64,000 bases of DNA, from assembly GCA_963693365.1 (NCBI GenBank), contig CAVNZM010000007.1:1907979-1971978 (forward strand). The letters run 5' to 3'. The notes under the pieces were generated by a model, which was not told the origin of the DNA, did not search any database, and saw only the letters and a list, made by a program, of their open reading frames with translations. Positions 1 through 12,992 of the stretch are shown piece after piece. Position numbers and translations under genes: made by a program. Source of the stretch: Amoebidium appalachense. Lineage: Eukaryota > Protista > Ichthyosporea. Each line of letters starts with the position of its first letter. The first letter of the stretch is position 1.

Positions 1-130
1 TACGTGTGTATGTGTGTGTACGTGTGTGTATGTGTGTGCGTGTGTGTACGTGTGTGTATGTGTGTGTACGTGTGTGTACGTGTGTGTACGTGTATGTATG
101 TCTGTGTGCGTGTGTGTATGTGTATCTGGA
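1..130. repeat. Compound (GT)n microsatellite with GTAC/GTAT interruptions, probably within an upstream UXS intron
   Basis: Direct reading of the sequence. Confidence 0.9.
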
Positions 131-688
131 AGTGGCTGGGAAGTGGGAGTGGCTGGCTGTTGCAGTGGGTGTGGTGTGCAGTGTGTACGTGTGTGTACAT
201 GTGTGTGTGTTTGGAGGTGTGGATGGAGACGTGGGTGTCTGTTTGTAGATTTGTTTGGAAGTGGAGGTAGGATTGTGTGTGCGTGTGTGTAAGAATAGGT
301 GGGAGTGCATGTAGATTTGTGTGGGAGAGTGCAGAAGTGTGTGGGGGTGTGTGTTCGTAAGGGCCTTTGAGGCTGTCTTTGTTTGTGTGTTCTTTCTTTT
401 CCTTTCTATTTTTTATTTCTTTTTTTTTGTGGGGGGGGGGGGGGGGGGAGGGGGGGGAGGGGGGGGGAGGGGGGGGGGAGGGGGGGGGGGGGGGGGGGGG
501 GGGGGAAGGGGGAGGGAGGGGGGCAGGTGTGAACAGAGGGAGTATGCAGGGGATGCAGTTTTGCCAGTTTGGCCCATTCACTGTGAGAAATGCAGGTAGT
601 ATAAATACTATGAACATGAATTGATATGCATGCATTGCACACACCCTCACCACACACACACACACGCACGTACGCCCGCACACACACA

Positions 689-791
<103 letters not shown>

Positions 792-911
792 AGAAAACAT
801 GTAGTGTTTGTGTATACAAATTGGGCATATTATTGTGTGGTGCGTGTGTGCGAGCGTGTGTGCGTGCGTGGTTGCGTGCATGCGTGTGTGCGTGCATGTG
901 TGCGGGCATCC

Positions 912-1019
<108 letters not shown>

Positions 1020-1143
1020 ATGCATGCGTGCGTGCGTTCCTGTGTGTGTGCATGCATGCGTGCGTACGTGCGTGCATATGTGCGTGCCTGCATGTGTGCG
1101 TGTATGCATGCATACATGTGCACGTACGTGCATATCCCACCAC

Positions 1144-1180
<37 letters not shown>

Positions 1181-1182
1181 AG

Positions 1183-1555
1183 TACAACCCCGTCAAAACC
1201 ATCAAGACCAACACCATGGGCACACTCAACATGTTGGGCCTGGCTAGGAGGGTCAGGGCTAGACTCCTCATGGCATCCACATCGGAAGTTTACGGTATGT
1301 AATTTCACATTGAACCCCCCCCCCCCCTTCCACCCCTTCTCCCCCCTCCCTCTTCTCCCCTTCTCCCCCCCCCCCCCCCCCCTGCCGCCCCCCGCGGTGA
1401 CTCACCTATGTTCAAGTGAAGAAAAGGGGGAAGGGGGAGACAAAGAGAGATTTTTGAAGGGATGGAGAGGGGCGAAGGGAGAGAGAGAAGGGATGGAAGA
1501 GGGCAAGGAAAAGGGATGCACACACGTACACACGCGACGGCGTGCGCGCGCGCAT

Positions 1556-1647
<92 letters not shown>

Positions 1648-2140
1648 GGACACACAACCCCCCCCCCCCCCCCCCAACACACACACACACACGCCCTCTC
1701 TCTCTGACATGTGCACGTGCTTGCAGGTGATCCCGAAGTGCACCCCCAGACTGAGAGCTACTGGGGGCACGTCAACCCCACCGGGCCCCGTGCCTGCTAC
1801 GATGAGGGCAAGCGCGTGTCGGAGACTATGTGCTACGCATACCAGGCCCAGGTTAGTAACTTTAAATTTTACTGATAAAATTAAATCCCAAAATTAAACC
1901 CCATATCAGGCCCAAGTTGGTGCTTTCTTAATGTCAATTCATAAGCTAAATCCCGAAGCTACATCCCCATGTACTCCGCATATAGGCCCATGTTAGTGCC
2001 CATTGAACTGTGCTTTATATTTGAAACTCAAATCCTAATTGGCCGGTGTGCCTAATCATGTAGTTTTTAGGTGTCTTCTTGATTTGCTTCACAAACCAGG
2101 AGCCTAGGTCGGTTACCCTTAAGGTTGAAAAGGGGGTGCT

Positions 2141-2178
<38 letters not shown>

Positions 2179-2906
2179 AGGGGGGGCTTGAGATTCTACA
2201 TGAGAGAGACATTGTTGTTTGGTGGTGTCGAAGAAAGGGAAAAGGGTTGGGGAGGGGATGGGGATGAAATGGGGGTTCGGGATGAAGGGGTGAGGATGGG
2301 GGAAAGGGGGGAGTTGGGGAAGGTGGGGGGAAGGGGGAGGGGGGAGACAGCCAGGAAAGGGAAGGGAAGGAAAGCACCGGTTTTAAGATTACATCTGATC
2401 TGTCGTTTGAACAGGGGGGTGTGGAGGTCCGTGTGGCGCGAATTTTCAACACTTTCGGACCACGCATGCACCCAAACGACGGAAGAGTGGTCAGCAATTT
2501 CATTATCCAAGCGCTCAAGGGGGAACCCATCACGATCTATGGAAACGGCAGACAAACACGCTCCTTTCAGTATGTGGAGGTTGGTGTCCCCCCCCCCCCC
2601 CCCCCCCCCCCCCAAGCACACACGCACACGTACACGCACATGCACACACACGCGTGTGTGTGCGCACGCACACACACACACACACACACACAGACGCACA
2701 CGCACACGCACACTCGCACACACACACACATGCACATGCACAGTACCAACAAACGGAACAGGCAAATCTGACAGCCTTATAACCCCACTACCCCATTTGC
2801 CAAATTGTGTGAACAAAATACCACGGTTCCTAGGCCAAGCTGTTGCTCCTAGTTTCTTTTAGCCCCTCCCGCCTCCATCCCTCCCGCTCCCCTCCCGCTC
2901 CCCTCC

Positions 2907-2972
<66 letters not shown>

Positions 2973-3286
2973 ACCCCCCTGCCCCCCTTCCTGCGGGTAT
3001 CCCCCTCCCTTCCCAGCCACTCCCCCCGCCATTCCTCCACTACCACAAGCCACATGCACTCGAACCAATCCAGTGTGTGTACAACATGCAGATGTTGCTA
3101 CTGTGTGCAAGAACCGTGGTTTCATGTGTGTTTAAACAGGCTTTTACTGCCGACCCACCGTGACCCTTCCTACCTTCTCCCCCCTCTCTACACTCCCTCC
3201 CCCCGTCCCCCCCCCCCCCCCCCCCCCCCCCACCACCACCACCATCACGGATATGCGCGTGCACACACGAATACACACATCCGCAC

Positions 3287-3320
<34 letters not shown>

Positions 3321-3335
3321 GCACACACACACACC

Positions 3336-3382
<47 letters not shown>

Positions 3383-3534
3383 GCGCGCGCGCAAACGGCC
3401 CCCCCCCCCTTCCCCCCGGCCCCCAACACACACACACGTACACACACACACACACACACACGCGCGCGCGCGCACACACACACGCATACACACACACACA
3501 CACACACGCGCGCGCGCGCACACACACACACACG

Positions 3535-3569
<35 letters not shown>

Positions 3570-3896
3570 ACATACACACACACGTACACACCTACACACA
3601 CACACACACAGGACCTCGTTGACGGCCTGATGAAGCTCATGAACAGCAACTACAGCCAACCGGTCAACCTGGGCAACCCGGACGAGTATACTATCCGCCA
3701 ATTTGCGGAATTTATCCGAGATATGATCTCCCCAGACGTGAAAATTACGCATTTGCCGGCAGCAACGGACGATCCCCAAAGACGTCGGCCAGATATAACA
3801 GTGGCAAAAAGGGAATTGGATTGGGAGCCGAAATGGAGAGTGATTGATGGGATCAAGGCGACGGTGGAGTATTTCAAAAAAGAACTTGCACAGTGA
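1183..3896 (+). CDS. UXS1: UDP-glucuronate decarboxylase (UDP-xylose synthase), 3' part; exons 1183-1294, 1727-1851, 2415-2579, 3612-3896; 5' exons lie upstream of the window
   Basis: Spliced translation [131 protein letters not shown]...[13 protein letters not shown] YxxxK motif present; GT-AG introns with consistent phases (1,0,0). Confidence 0.96.
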
Positions 3897-4085
3897 GTTT
3901 GGATATTACCAAATTATATTTTCTTGGATAATTGATTTGGATATGAATGGGTTGGATATTTATGTTTGAACATGAATTCACTGGATGTTTGGTTTGATAT
4001 GTCTAATTATATGTACGTAGTTTTAGCTGGGGTTAGTATTGTCGTGGGGGCGCCCCCCGGAGGGGGAGGAGGGGGAGAGGGGGGA

Positions 4086-4118
<33 letters not shown>

Positions 4119-4766
4119 GGAAGGGGGGGAGGGAGGGAGGGGGGAAAGGGAGGAGGGGGCAGAAAGGGGGGGGGGGGGGGGGGTAAACGACAGGATATGT
4201 ACATACTTGGTATTCTGTATGTATTTTGGGGGGGGGAATGTGCTGTATATGTATTTTCACACACCGATTATTCGCTCTCAGGAGACTTTCGTGATCTTGT
4301 GTACATAAGCGAGAAAACGTGAGCTTGGAAATTTCAATTGAGCGTTTTTATTTCTTGCATGAGCAATTCGAAAAAAGCTTATATGAGGGGTTCATTATTA
4401 GTGTGCTATCATTGCCTGGGATTTGGGGTGTTTTAAGCGTGTTGGGAGGGGATGGGGGGCTGGGGGGGGGGGGGGGGGGGGGGGGGAGGGATGGGGTTAT
4501 AGGTTTCCCGCTTCTGTGATCTGAAATTGAAATTTCAAGGTACATAAGATATTAGCGGGATAGTATATGTAGCCACGGCCATGTACAGTTATGGAACTAT
4601 GAGCCAGCACAGAGGTATACCCACCAGATATACGGAGATAATAGTCACGAAAATACGAAAAAAAAAATAAGAATAAATATCCATGCAGCGCAGCACACTT
4701 ATATGTTGACAGCGGCCCCTGTAACTCATTCATCTCTTCACACATGCACACGCACACACACAACGG

Positions 4767-4801
<35 letters not shown>

Positions 4802-5434
4802 TGTGGGTGTGTGTATGTGTATGTGTGTGCGTGTGTGTGTGTGTCTGTGTGTGTGTGTGTGTGTATGTGTGTGTGAGGTTTTGTGGGTGGGTATGTGTCC
4901 GACAAAAAGCAAATATTATGTGTAATACATGTGTGTATACGTATTACACACACCGAGGATGATGCAAAACAGTGGGTGTGATCATTAACGCGCACCAACA
5001 GTCACGGAAACTTGGATCCAGGGTTGATCTTGAAATGCGCTACTCGTGGGTGGGGTGATGTGTGTGTTACGCACTCATTACGTAATACGTAGGACGGGGA
5101 ACGGGAGGAAGGGGGGGGGGGGGGGGGGGGGGGTGAGGAAGGGAGGGAGGGAGGGAGGAGGAGGGGGAGAGGGGGGAAGGGGGGGGAAGGCAGGGATGGA
5201 TTACTTGGTCGATTGCAAGATCTTATAGCCGGGCAATAACCCAAAAAGTATCGAATGTGAAAACAGAACTTTTCGCCCCTTTACCCCCCAACCCCTCCTC
5301 CTTGAATCAAGTCCCCTTCCCCCTTCCCCCCTCCCTCCCCCCTAGTCACCCACCTAACCATACACACACACACACATACACACACACTGACACGTGCACA
5401 CCCACCCACCCACACACGTGCACACACACACACA

Positions 5435-5472
<38 letters not shown>

Positions 5473-6030
5473 TGTGCATCACCCTAAACAAGGGGAACAA
5501 TGGAGAAACCTTCAATTTAAACTAACAAGGCCTCTAAGATGAACGATTGCAATTGGGCCACGGCCACCTTCTTATTCTATGCGAACAATTCTCTTCATTC
5601 TTCATTAAAAGCATTCAATATAACGGAGGGTTTACATTGGCCTAAAGATTTAATTTAGAAAATGGAAACTGACTCTGCAGCTACTATTGCTGTGTGTTCT
5701 GAGCACTAAATCTAGAGAAAGAACACTATGGTGTGGTGGTTTATCAGTGCTCCCACACTCCGGCTGTTGGTTCACCTATCCGTGACTAGGTGTCTAAGAG
5801 TTAAAAGCTCTAGAATTTAAATTAACCAATCAAGCCTAACATTTACAATCCGGTTCGTTAGCTGCTATTCAAAGCAAATTGCACGTACCACATGCTAGTC
5901 TACAAACACATTAGAAGAGCCCCCCCCCCCCCCCCCCCCCCCCTCCCTTCCCTGCCCCAAACGCTCATTCAACCACCGAACCCAATGAAAACGCGAGAAA
6001 GGGAGAGAGGGGGGGGGGGGGGAGGGGGAT

Positions 6031-6071
<41 letters not shown>

Positions 6072-6475
6072 CCCAGGGACAGCCCGGAATATATGGTAGA
6101 AAAAGCTAAACAAATATCCCAGCCAAATTACCTGCACAACCCCCCCCCCCTCCCCCCCTCAAACCCCCCCCCCTCCCCCCCCCAAAAAAAAGAAAAATAA
6201 AAAATAAAAATAAGGAACAGAACACACTTTAACCCCCTTCTCTTCCCTGCCGCTCAACCACACCTACCCAATTCAACCCCCCCCCCCCCCCTAGAGATGA
6301 GACTAGATTTGCATGTACCAGAAGCAAACATACACCCCTCATTCTTGCATACCGGCACAGGTGGCTCCATGCAGACATATGGCATTACAAACATTATAGA
6401 TACCAAAAAAATGCTGCAAAAAAACAAGCCCCCCCCCCCCCCCCCCCCCGCCCCTCAACTTTAAAATTTCAGTCG

Positions 6476-8236
6476 CTATGGGGTCTGAACCACCTCAGGT
6501 TTCTCGTCCCCCACCCCATCTATCCCCGCATACTCCAACCCCTCCATCGCATTCAACATCGACAAAACTGCATTCGAATCCCGCCCGGCGCTCAAAAACT
6601 CATTCTTCTCCTCGTCGTATTCCTGCCGAAGGTATTTTTCGCTGCCGCCGATAGGTTTCTGCTGCAAGTCAAGCTGCTCCAACATAAAATCCAGCGAGAA
6701 GTTGTGCCTTTTCCCCGCCTCGATCGTCACGCACCACAAATACTGCCTGATGAGTTTCTGCCGTGGCGAATTATAAGCATCGTCAACTTCTGGAACGGAG
6801 ATGTTATACGCGCTCTGTATGGGTAACCATTGACTCTGTGTTCTGCTCCAAATAATCGGTGCCGGATCGAGTACCGGAACTTGCCAATGCCCGAAAACAT
6901 CCGCAACAAACCGCCATTGATGATGGTAGAAGGCAATGTGGCATGGAGTAGAGAAGTTCGTTTTGGGAACCCCCAGGGGGATTTCGTAGTCATAAATGAG
7001 GACTTTTGCAACCATGATGTTGCCGTGCGTAGACGCCAGGTGAAGCAGCGAATTAGATGCGCCGTCTCTCCAGTTTTGCACCGTCTGTTTCACGTCGACG
7101 CAGCGATGGGCGAGGAAACGAAACGCGCTGATGTTTGCATCCATCGCCGCATACAAGTCATGCGTGCGGTTTACATATAGAAACCGATTGATGTTTCTGT
7201 GCAATGTTTCCAGTTCCAAATTGGCGCGCACCACCCCCTCCAGCAACCGCGCAAAGTACCTCTCGCCCGTTGTATTTTGGTCCATGTGCAACAGTGAATC
7301 CGCGGGAGAATTGGTGGGTGGTAGGGGTATCTGCTGCATGGATGGGTAGCCGAGAAACGCAGGAGGTGGGTGGGGGGGTGCAGGAGAATTGAGGGCCGTG
7401 GGGGATGATGCGGTTGTGGTCGGGATGGAAGCATCTACGGGCGGGACGTGGGAAAATATCACCTGTGTGAATTTCATGTTTTGCTGGGGTTCTTGCTGTG
7501 TCCGCGCGCCCACACCCCCTCCGCTTTCGTCGTCCATACGTCTTCTTTTCCCCCCGCTCTCTCCTTCGCGGGCCAACAAACTAAAACCGGGACCTGACCC
7601 GTTCGGTTTTACCTCTGTCTTTGCCGTTAACAGCCACATGAGACGGTATGATTGATCACGAGAATTCGCTCTCACCTTACCCTCCCTGCTCTTATCTTTG
7701 AACTCGTACAAGCCAACGCCCGGCCCGACGTGTGTCTGCACCTCCTTTAGCTGCCTGCTAACAGCACTTCGAAGATGCATGTTGTATCTGCACACCACGA
7801 TGTTTTTCTCGGTCGGGTGTTCGCGCGACGCTTGCACTCCCGGGAGATCGTAATTCGCTAGCATTTGTGGGTTTCGGTCTTGCTGTATCCCCTCAAATAG
7901 GAAATCCTTGTAGGAAACAAAAGGTTCCTTTGTTAGATCCCACCCAAACAAATCGACTGCTTCTGTGCGCACGAACAGAACATGTGACTCCGAGCCTGCA
8001 TGCCGAGCCCAAAACGTTTTACTGCTACTATCGAAATGTTCCATACACTCGCTCCATCTCTCAGGCCATTTCACCCCCAGCTCAAACCACGCGCGTCTTA
8101 CTATCTCGGGGCTAACCGGTATTACCCTTAGGTGATTGTTAACGAGTGTCTCTTGTGTGCACTTATACAGCAGTAGGAGTTCTTCCATATCCCCAAACTG
8201 AATGTCCCCGGGGTAGGTGGCTAGTTTTTGCTCCAT
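6476..8236 (-). CDS. Intronless ~586-aa protein: unknown N-terminal domain, NLS-like KRRR, Pro-rich linker, ankyrin repeats
   Basis: Long non-repetitive ORF, first ATG at 8236; ankyrin-like LLHLASTHGNIMVAKVLI and TPCHIAFYHHQWRFV. Confidence 0.75.
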   Translation of the reverse strand: MEQKLATYPGDIQFGDMEELLLLYKCTQETLVNNHLRVIPVSPEIVRRAWFELGVKWPERWSECMEHFDSSSKTFWARHAGSESHVLFVRTEAVDLFGWDLTKEPFVSYKDFLFEGIQQDRNPQMLANYDLPGVQASREHPTEKNIVVCRYNMHLRSAVSRQLKEVQTHVGPGVGLYEFKDKSREGKVRANSRDQSYRLMWLLTAKTEVKPNGSGPGFSLLAREGESGGKRRRMDDESGGGVGARTQQEPQQNMKFTQVIFSHVPPVDASIPTTTASSPTALNSPAPPHPPPAFLGYPSMQQIPLPPTNSPADSLLHMDQNTTGERYFARLLEGVVRANLELETLHRNINRFLYVNRTHDLYAAMDANISAFRFLAHRCVDVKQTVQNWRDGASNSLLHLASTHGNIMVAKVLIYDYEIPLGVPKTNFSTPCHIAFYHHQWRFVADVFGHWQVPVLDPAPIIWSRTQSQWLPIQSAYNISVPEVDDAYNSPRQKLIRQYLWCVTIEAGKRHNFSLDFMLEQLDLQQKPIGGSEKYLRQEYDEEKNEFLSAGRDSNAVLSMLNAMEGLEYAGIDGVGDEKPEVVQTP

Positions 8237-9074
8237 GTTGATGTGCAAGGGTCAACCCTCTACCGTGCATTATATCAATAGTTCAGTGCATTAACTATAT
8301 TAGTAAGTATAAAGCATATACTTACAGTAAGTATAAAGCATATGAACTATTAGTGTATGAAAGTGTAATAAAACACTTCTCTATGCAAGTTCTACTATCT
8401 TCACTTACACGTGTGTTATACTAGCATAGTGCTCGCTCAAACTAGCGCGTGAATATGACCGTGCCCATGCTAGGTACAGATCTCCAGAAATAAAAAGACT
8501 TATATACGCATAAGTGGCATGATTAGAGGGTTTTAGAATAAGCATTACTATTCAAAGAGTCAGAATTAAACAAACACAACGAAAATCGTCCCAGCTGGAG
8601 GAAAGGGAGAGCGTTCGTGTTCGTGGGAGGTTGTTTATTCGTGGGAATTTTTTTTGCGGGCCAAGCCGCATCTTTCGGGTCGGACAAACAGTCGTGTCAG
8701 ACGTGAGTCGGTAATACAAAATGCATGATTTATATTGAATCGTAGAGCTCTAAGGCTAGCCATTTATAGGTTAGTGACGGCCAGTGAAGTCGCGGCACTC
8801 AGTCAGGCTCGAAAGTCCTTATTCTGCTCGTGCTGACGGCTTCGGGCGTGGATGTGGATGTATTATATTTGGTTACATTTTTTATTTGGTTATTATAATA
8901 TGTATACGCCAAATTTTGCAGAATTTTACTGCTACATACTCATCGTGCGTGGTGCACATCCATGTCTGGCGTGTCAGATCTGCAGATTACGATGCGGCCT
9001 CTCTCACGAGTTTTCACTCATGTGGAGTCGGGCTCTCCATCTAGATCTACAAGATCTCTCAGCTCGATCCACCC

Positions 9075-9118
<44 letters not shown>

Positions 9119-9891
9119 TTGACCGTACCTCTTACACCTGCCGCCATTTCGAACAGCTTCCCCTCCCCAGCCTTCCCCTTTGTCCTTCCTCTCTTTTACT
9201 GGCTAAAATAGTAATACATTATAGATATGTCAAAGTGTGCAAATAGAACCGTTGAATACCCACGCGCGTGGAAGTGCACAGGTGTGTAGTGGTATGTACA
9301 AGTCAGATGATTGGGTCCAGCAGCTAAGCCAGCAGACTCTCAATTTTCGTCATCAGCTACTGGACGTTAGAACTTCCTAGATCTTGAAGTGCATCCCATT
9401 CCTTTTCACTGGTATCTGATCAGTAATGAAGCCATGAATAGTAATAAGAGGCCTCATAACGCTCTCACACGGGGGTATTCAAGCTTTGCAAATTTCACTA
9501 AAAGTTCGAAAATAAGCACACTGGAAGGTGGTCTCGCGCGATGAAGCCACCGCCCACCAGCTCTGAGCTCTCATGAAGACGGTCCGACTCGAGTCACTTG
9601 CATCCTGCGGCATCCTAAACTCATCATTGGCAATACCTGTTACTTAGCCGATTAAAACATCACATAGTTTATTTTTGATTATACAGTAACTGTGCTATTT
9701 CTCCGGTATCCAGATTATTGAATTATATTTGCGCGATGAGTTCATAGAGAGGGATGGCTTGACTGCCCCGTCGTTGTGCTTTGAAGTGGTTCACTTCGAA
9801 TGATCCATGATTCCTCACGATCATCCTTCATTTTGGTTTGGGGGGATATTAATGTCACCGTCAATATGCAAATAGTGTCAACCCTGTTTTT

Positions 9892-10015
9892 GATTGGTCT
9901 ATTCTATTCTACACTTCAACTTTTCGGAATAGACCAATCGTAAATTCGTAATTAGGCCCGAATTGACACAACCAATCAGGCGCCCCCACTACACAGTGCG
10001 TTGTGTATATAACCC
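9892..10015 (+). promoter_or_regulatory. Putative promoter of the FAD enzyme gene: 13-bp inverted repeat carrying CCAAT boxes, a further CCAAT and a TATA-like element
   Basis: GATTGGTCTATTC (9892-9904) / GAATAGACCAATC (9927-9939); ACCAATC ~9971; GTATATAA ~10005; possible short 5'UTR intron ~10148-10191. Confidence 0.45.
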
Positions 10016-10224
10016 ACCATCGTCGGTAGGAACGAACATCACTTCAACGCAGCGCAACACACAAACAGTCAGAGCATTCGCAGCGCAAGCTTGACTGTTA
10101 GCCAGTTGCCCTAGCCGCTTCACTTCTTCCAAAACATACCTTCGCAGGTAGCGCAGTTTATACGACTACAACACATTTCACTTTCTCATAGCTAGATTAG
10201 AGCTATATCCAGGCTCAATAGAAA

Positions 10225-11892
10225 ATGCTGTATACCACAGCAGCAGCGGTCCTCGCCCTTGTGGGTGCCGGGGTGTCCGGGCAGCAGGTTGGTCTTCTGG
10301 ACCCTTCCCAGATTCCCATGGACATTTATGCCGTGCCACGCCAGCCACACTGCCAGTCTATCGTGCCACGTGTACCCACATGTGCCCCTGGGCAGAAGCC
10401 CGCGTTTGTCGAAACCAGTCGCATTGCCATTCTCGGTGCAGGGCCGGGGGGCATTAGCATGGCTCACTACCTTTCCAAGCTCGGCTACAATAACGTGCGC
10501 ATTCTCGAGCGCTCCAACCGTATTGGTGGCCTGACAAACACCAGATACACCGACGGCATCCCACACGAGCTGGGCACCACATACACTGCAGGCCGCTACG
10601 ACTGCATCCTTCGTTTGATGGAGGAGACTTTCATCAAGCGTGTGCCCACACCTGGTCTTGGGTTTGTTGCCGATTCAACTCTCAACGGCACTTTCCCCAC
10701 CCTCGAATGGACCATGCGTGCTTGGGCACAGCTGACAAACAGCCCCCCGGACCCAGCCAAGTTCCTCGACCTTCTCAAGGAGCAGCTGACTCGTTACGCC
10801 GTCATGTACAAGCAGTTCTTTGGTGATTCTGGCTACCTTTTCCCTCCACGCCCCACACCCGAGGTCCTTTCCAATCTGGGTGGCGTCACTTTCCGCCAGT
10901 TTTTGGAGCAGAACAACATGCCTGCTCTGGTCGCCTTGATGGTGATTATGCAGAGCAGCAACGGTTTCGGTTTCCTTGACGAAATCCCCGCATTCTACGG
11001 TTTCCTGTGGAGCACGCCCAGTGTTTTCCTCTCCATCATCGCCCCCAACGTAAACAACACGGTGAGCATGGTGCAGGATGGGTGGATTCAGCTGTGGAAC
11101 CGTCTCTCCCGCGGCAAGGATATTGTTCTTAATGCCGACGTCACCCGCATCACCCGTAGCACACGCACCGGTGTTACCATAAACTACAACACCCCGGCGG
11201 GTGGGCCCCAGGTCGAAAAGTTCGACTTCCTCATCACCTTTTCCAAGTGGCCCGAGTCTCTCAAGATCGTCGACGTCCGTCGTCTCGAGAAGGACATTTT
11301 GTCCCGGCCCAAGTTTGCCAAGTTCCACGCCGTTATGTTCCAAGCCGCCAACATTAACCGCGAGTACCAGGTACTGTTTGCAGATCAGCTCGTGCACAGT
11401 GTTAAGGGTGAGCCTCATCTGTGCTACACCCGCCGCGACCTCGGAAACCTTTACCCCAACCTCACCGAGCCCAGGGATATCTTTATTGGCGGTCAGCAGG
11501 TCGGCTTTGACTATAACGACGCAATGACCACCGACATTCTCGATTCCACCCTTCAGGCCGACCTTGCCAAGATGGGTGCTCGCGACGTTCAGATTCTGGA
11601 GCGCTTCTCCCCCCCTTACTTCCCCCGTCTTCGTGGAGCTGAGATCGCCGCCGGGTACCCATGGCGCCTGTGGGACCTTCAGGGCACTTACCAGACTTGG
11701 TATGCTGGTAGCAACGGTGCTCACCTGGAGAGCACTGCTGACGTCATTGATTACAACTACCGTCTGCTTGAGAACAAGTTGTGCAGGCTCCCGGCCACCC
11801 CCGCACCGGCACCCGGACAGTATTCTCCGTTTTACAACCCGAACAATGGAAATGCGAACAATGGAAAGATTGGTTATGGTGAGCCGTATTAG
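10225..11892 (+). CDS. Secreted FAD-dependent oxidoreductase (flavin amine oxidase fold), polyunsaturated fatty-acid isomerase (PAI/PFI)-like, 555 aa, intronless
   Basis: Signal-peptide-like N-terminus; RIAILGAGPGG dinucleotide-binding motif; ILERSNRIGG; GFGFLDEIPAFY, NADVTRITR and YFP..G....LQG..TWYAG segments resemble Propionibacterium PAI as remembered. Confidence 0.85.
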   Translation: MLYTTAAAVLALVGAGVSGQQVGLLDPSQIPMDIYAVPRQPHCQSIVPRVPTCAPGQKPAFVETSRIAILGAGPGGISMAHYLSKLGYNNVRILERSNRIGGLTNTRYTDGIPHELGTTYTAGRYDCILRLMEETFIKRVPTPGLGFVADSTLNGTFPTLEWTMRAWAQLTNSPPDPAKFLDLLKEQLTRYAVMYKQFFGDSGYLFPPRPTPEVLSNLGGVTFRQFLEQNNMPALVALMVIMQSSNGFGFLDEIPAFYGFLWSTPSVFLSIIAPNVNNTVSMVQDGWIQLWNRLSRGKDIVLNADVTRITRSTRTGVTINYNTPAGGPQVEKFDFLITFSKWPESLKIVDVRRLEKDILSRPKFAKFHAVMFQAANINREYQVLFADQLVHSVKGEPHLCYTRRDLGNLYPNLTEPRDIFIGGQQVGFDYNDAMTTDILDSTLQADLAKMGARDVQILERFSPPYFPRLRGAEIAAGYPWRLWDLQGTYQTWYAGSNGAHLESTADVIDYNYRLLENKLCRLPATPAPAPGQYSPFYNPNNGNANNGKIGYGEPY

Positions 11893-12173
11893 GTTGTTTT
11901 CAGGACCGTTGATGTAGGTGTATGAGTTGATTGGTCTTACAGATAGGCGGCGGGCGCACTGTTTGAATGGAAATTTAGAATGTAATTGTAGTTTATTAAT
12001 TTTTTCTACACCAGAAGCACTGGCTGCTCAAGTGTGTACGTTAATTAAAAAGTCACTTTCGGCAACATATTTTAAATACTAAGATGAATATATTCAATTC
12101 TTTTGCCATCGACAAAGAGCTGGCCCTGAGCACACACTCGCCGTGGTCTTCATACACCACACACGCACCCCCC

Positions 12174-12205
<32 letters not shown>

Positions 12206-12554
12206 ATCTCTCCCCCCCCTCTCTCTCCCTCTCTCCCTCTCTCTCGTCCCCCCCCCCCCCCCCCCCAAAAAAAAAAAACCCCTCTCCCTAAGTCTCTCCG
12301 TCTCTATTTTGTGTTTCACCCCCCCCCCCTCCCCCCCCCCCCCCCCCCCCCAGCGCCCCCCTTCCTTTAAGCTCTCTCCAAGTCTCTTCATTTCTATTTG
12401 TGATTTATCCCCCCACCCCCACCCCTCCTCCAAGAAAGAAAAGAAAAAGTAACTTACAAAATAAATAAAAAATAATGAAGGAAAAAGAAAGAAAGAAAAG
12501 AATAGAAAAGCTTCCTGCTGCCCGTTTCTTTCCAAGCCCGTGTCTCACTTAAGA

Positions 12555-12700
12555 TTACGGTGGCCACTAGATTGCTTTGCCTTTGTGTGTCCCAATTAAT
12601 GAAACCCCTAAAATGAAACCCCTGTCTTACGGTGGCCACTAGATTGCTTTGCCTTTGTGTGTCCCAATTAATGAAACCCCTAAAATGAAACCCCTGTCTT
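12555..12700. repeat. Perfect 72-bp tandem duplication (2 copies)
   Basis: TTACGGTGGCCACTAG...GAAACCCCTGTC starts at 12555 and at 12627. Confidence 0.95.
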
Positions 12701-12849
12701 TCGTTCTCTCTCTCTCTCTCTCCCCCCCCCCCCCCCCCCCCCTGCACACACACACCCCCTCCCCCCCCCCCCCCAAAAAAAAAAAAAAAAAAAAAGCACA
12801 CACAGACATACATGCACAGACACACACACACTCACACACACACACACGC

Positions 12850-12915
<66 letters not shown>

Positions 12916-12946
12916 CGCACACACACATGCACACACACGCACACAC

Positions 12947-12992
<46 letters not shown>

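Noticed and set aside
10675-11724. 349-aa antisense ORF
   Set aside because: Shadow of the codon-biased FAD enzyme gene
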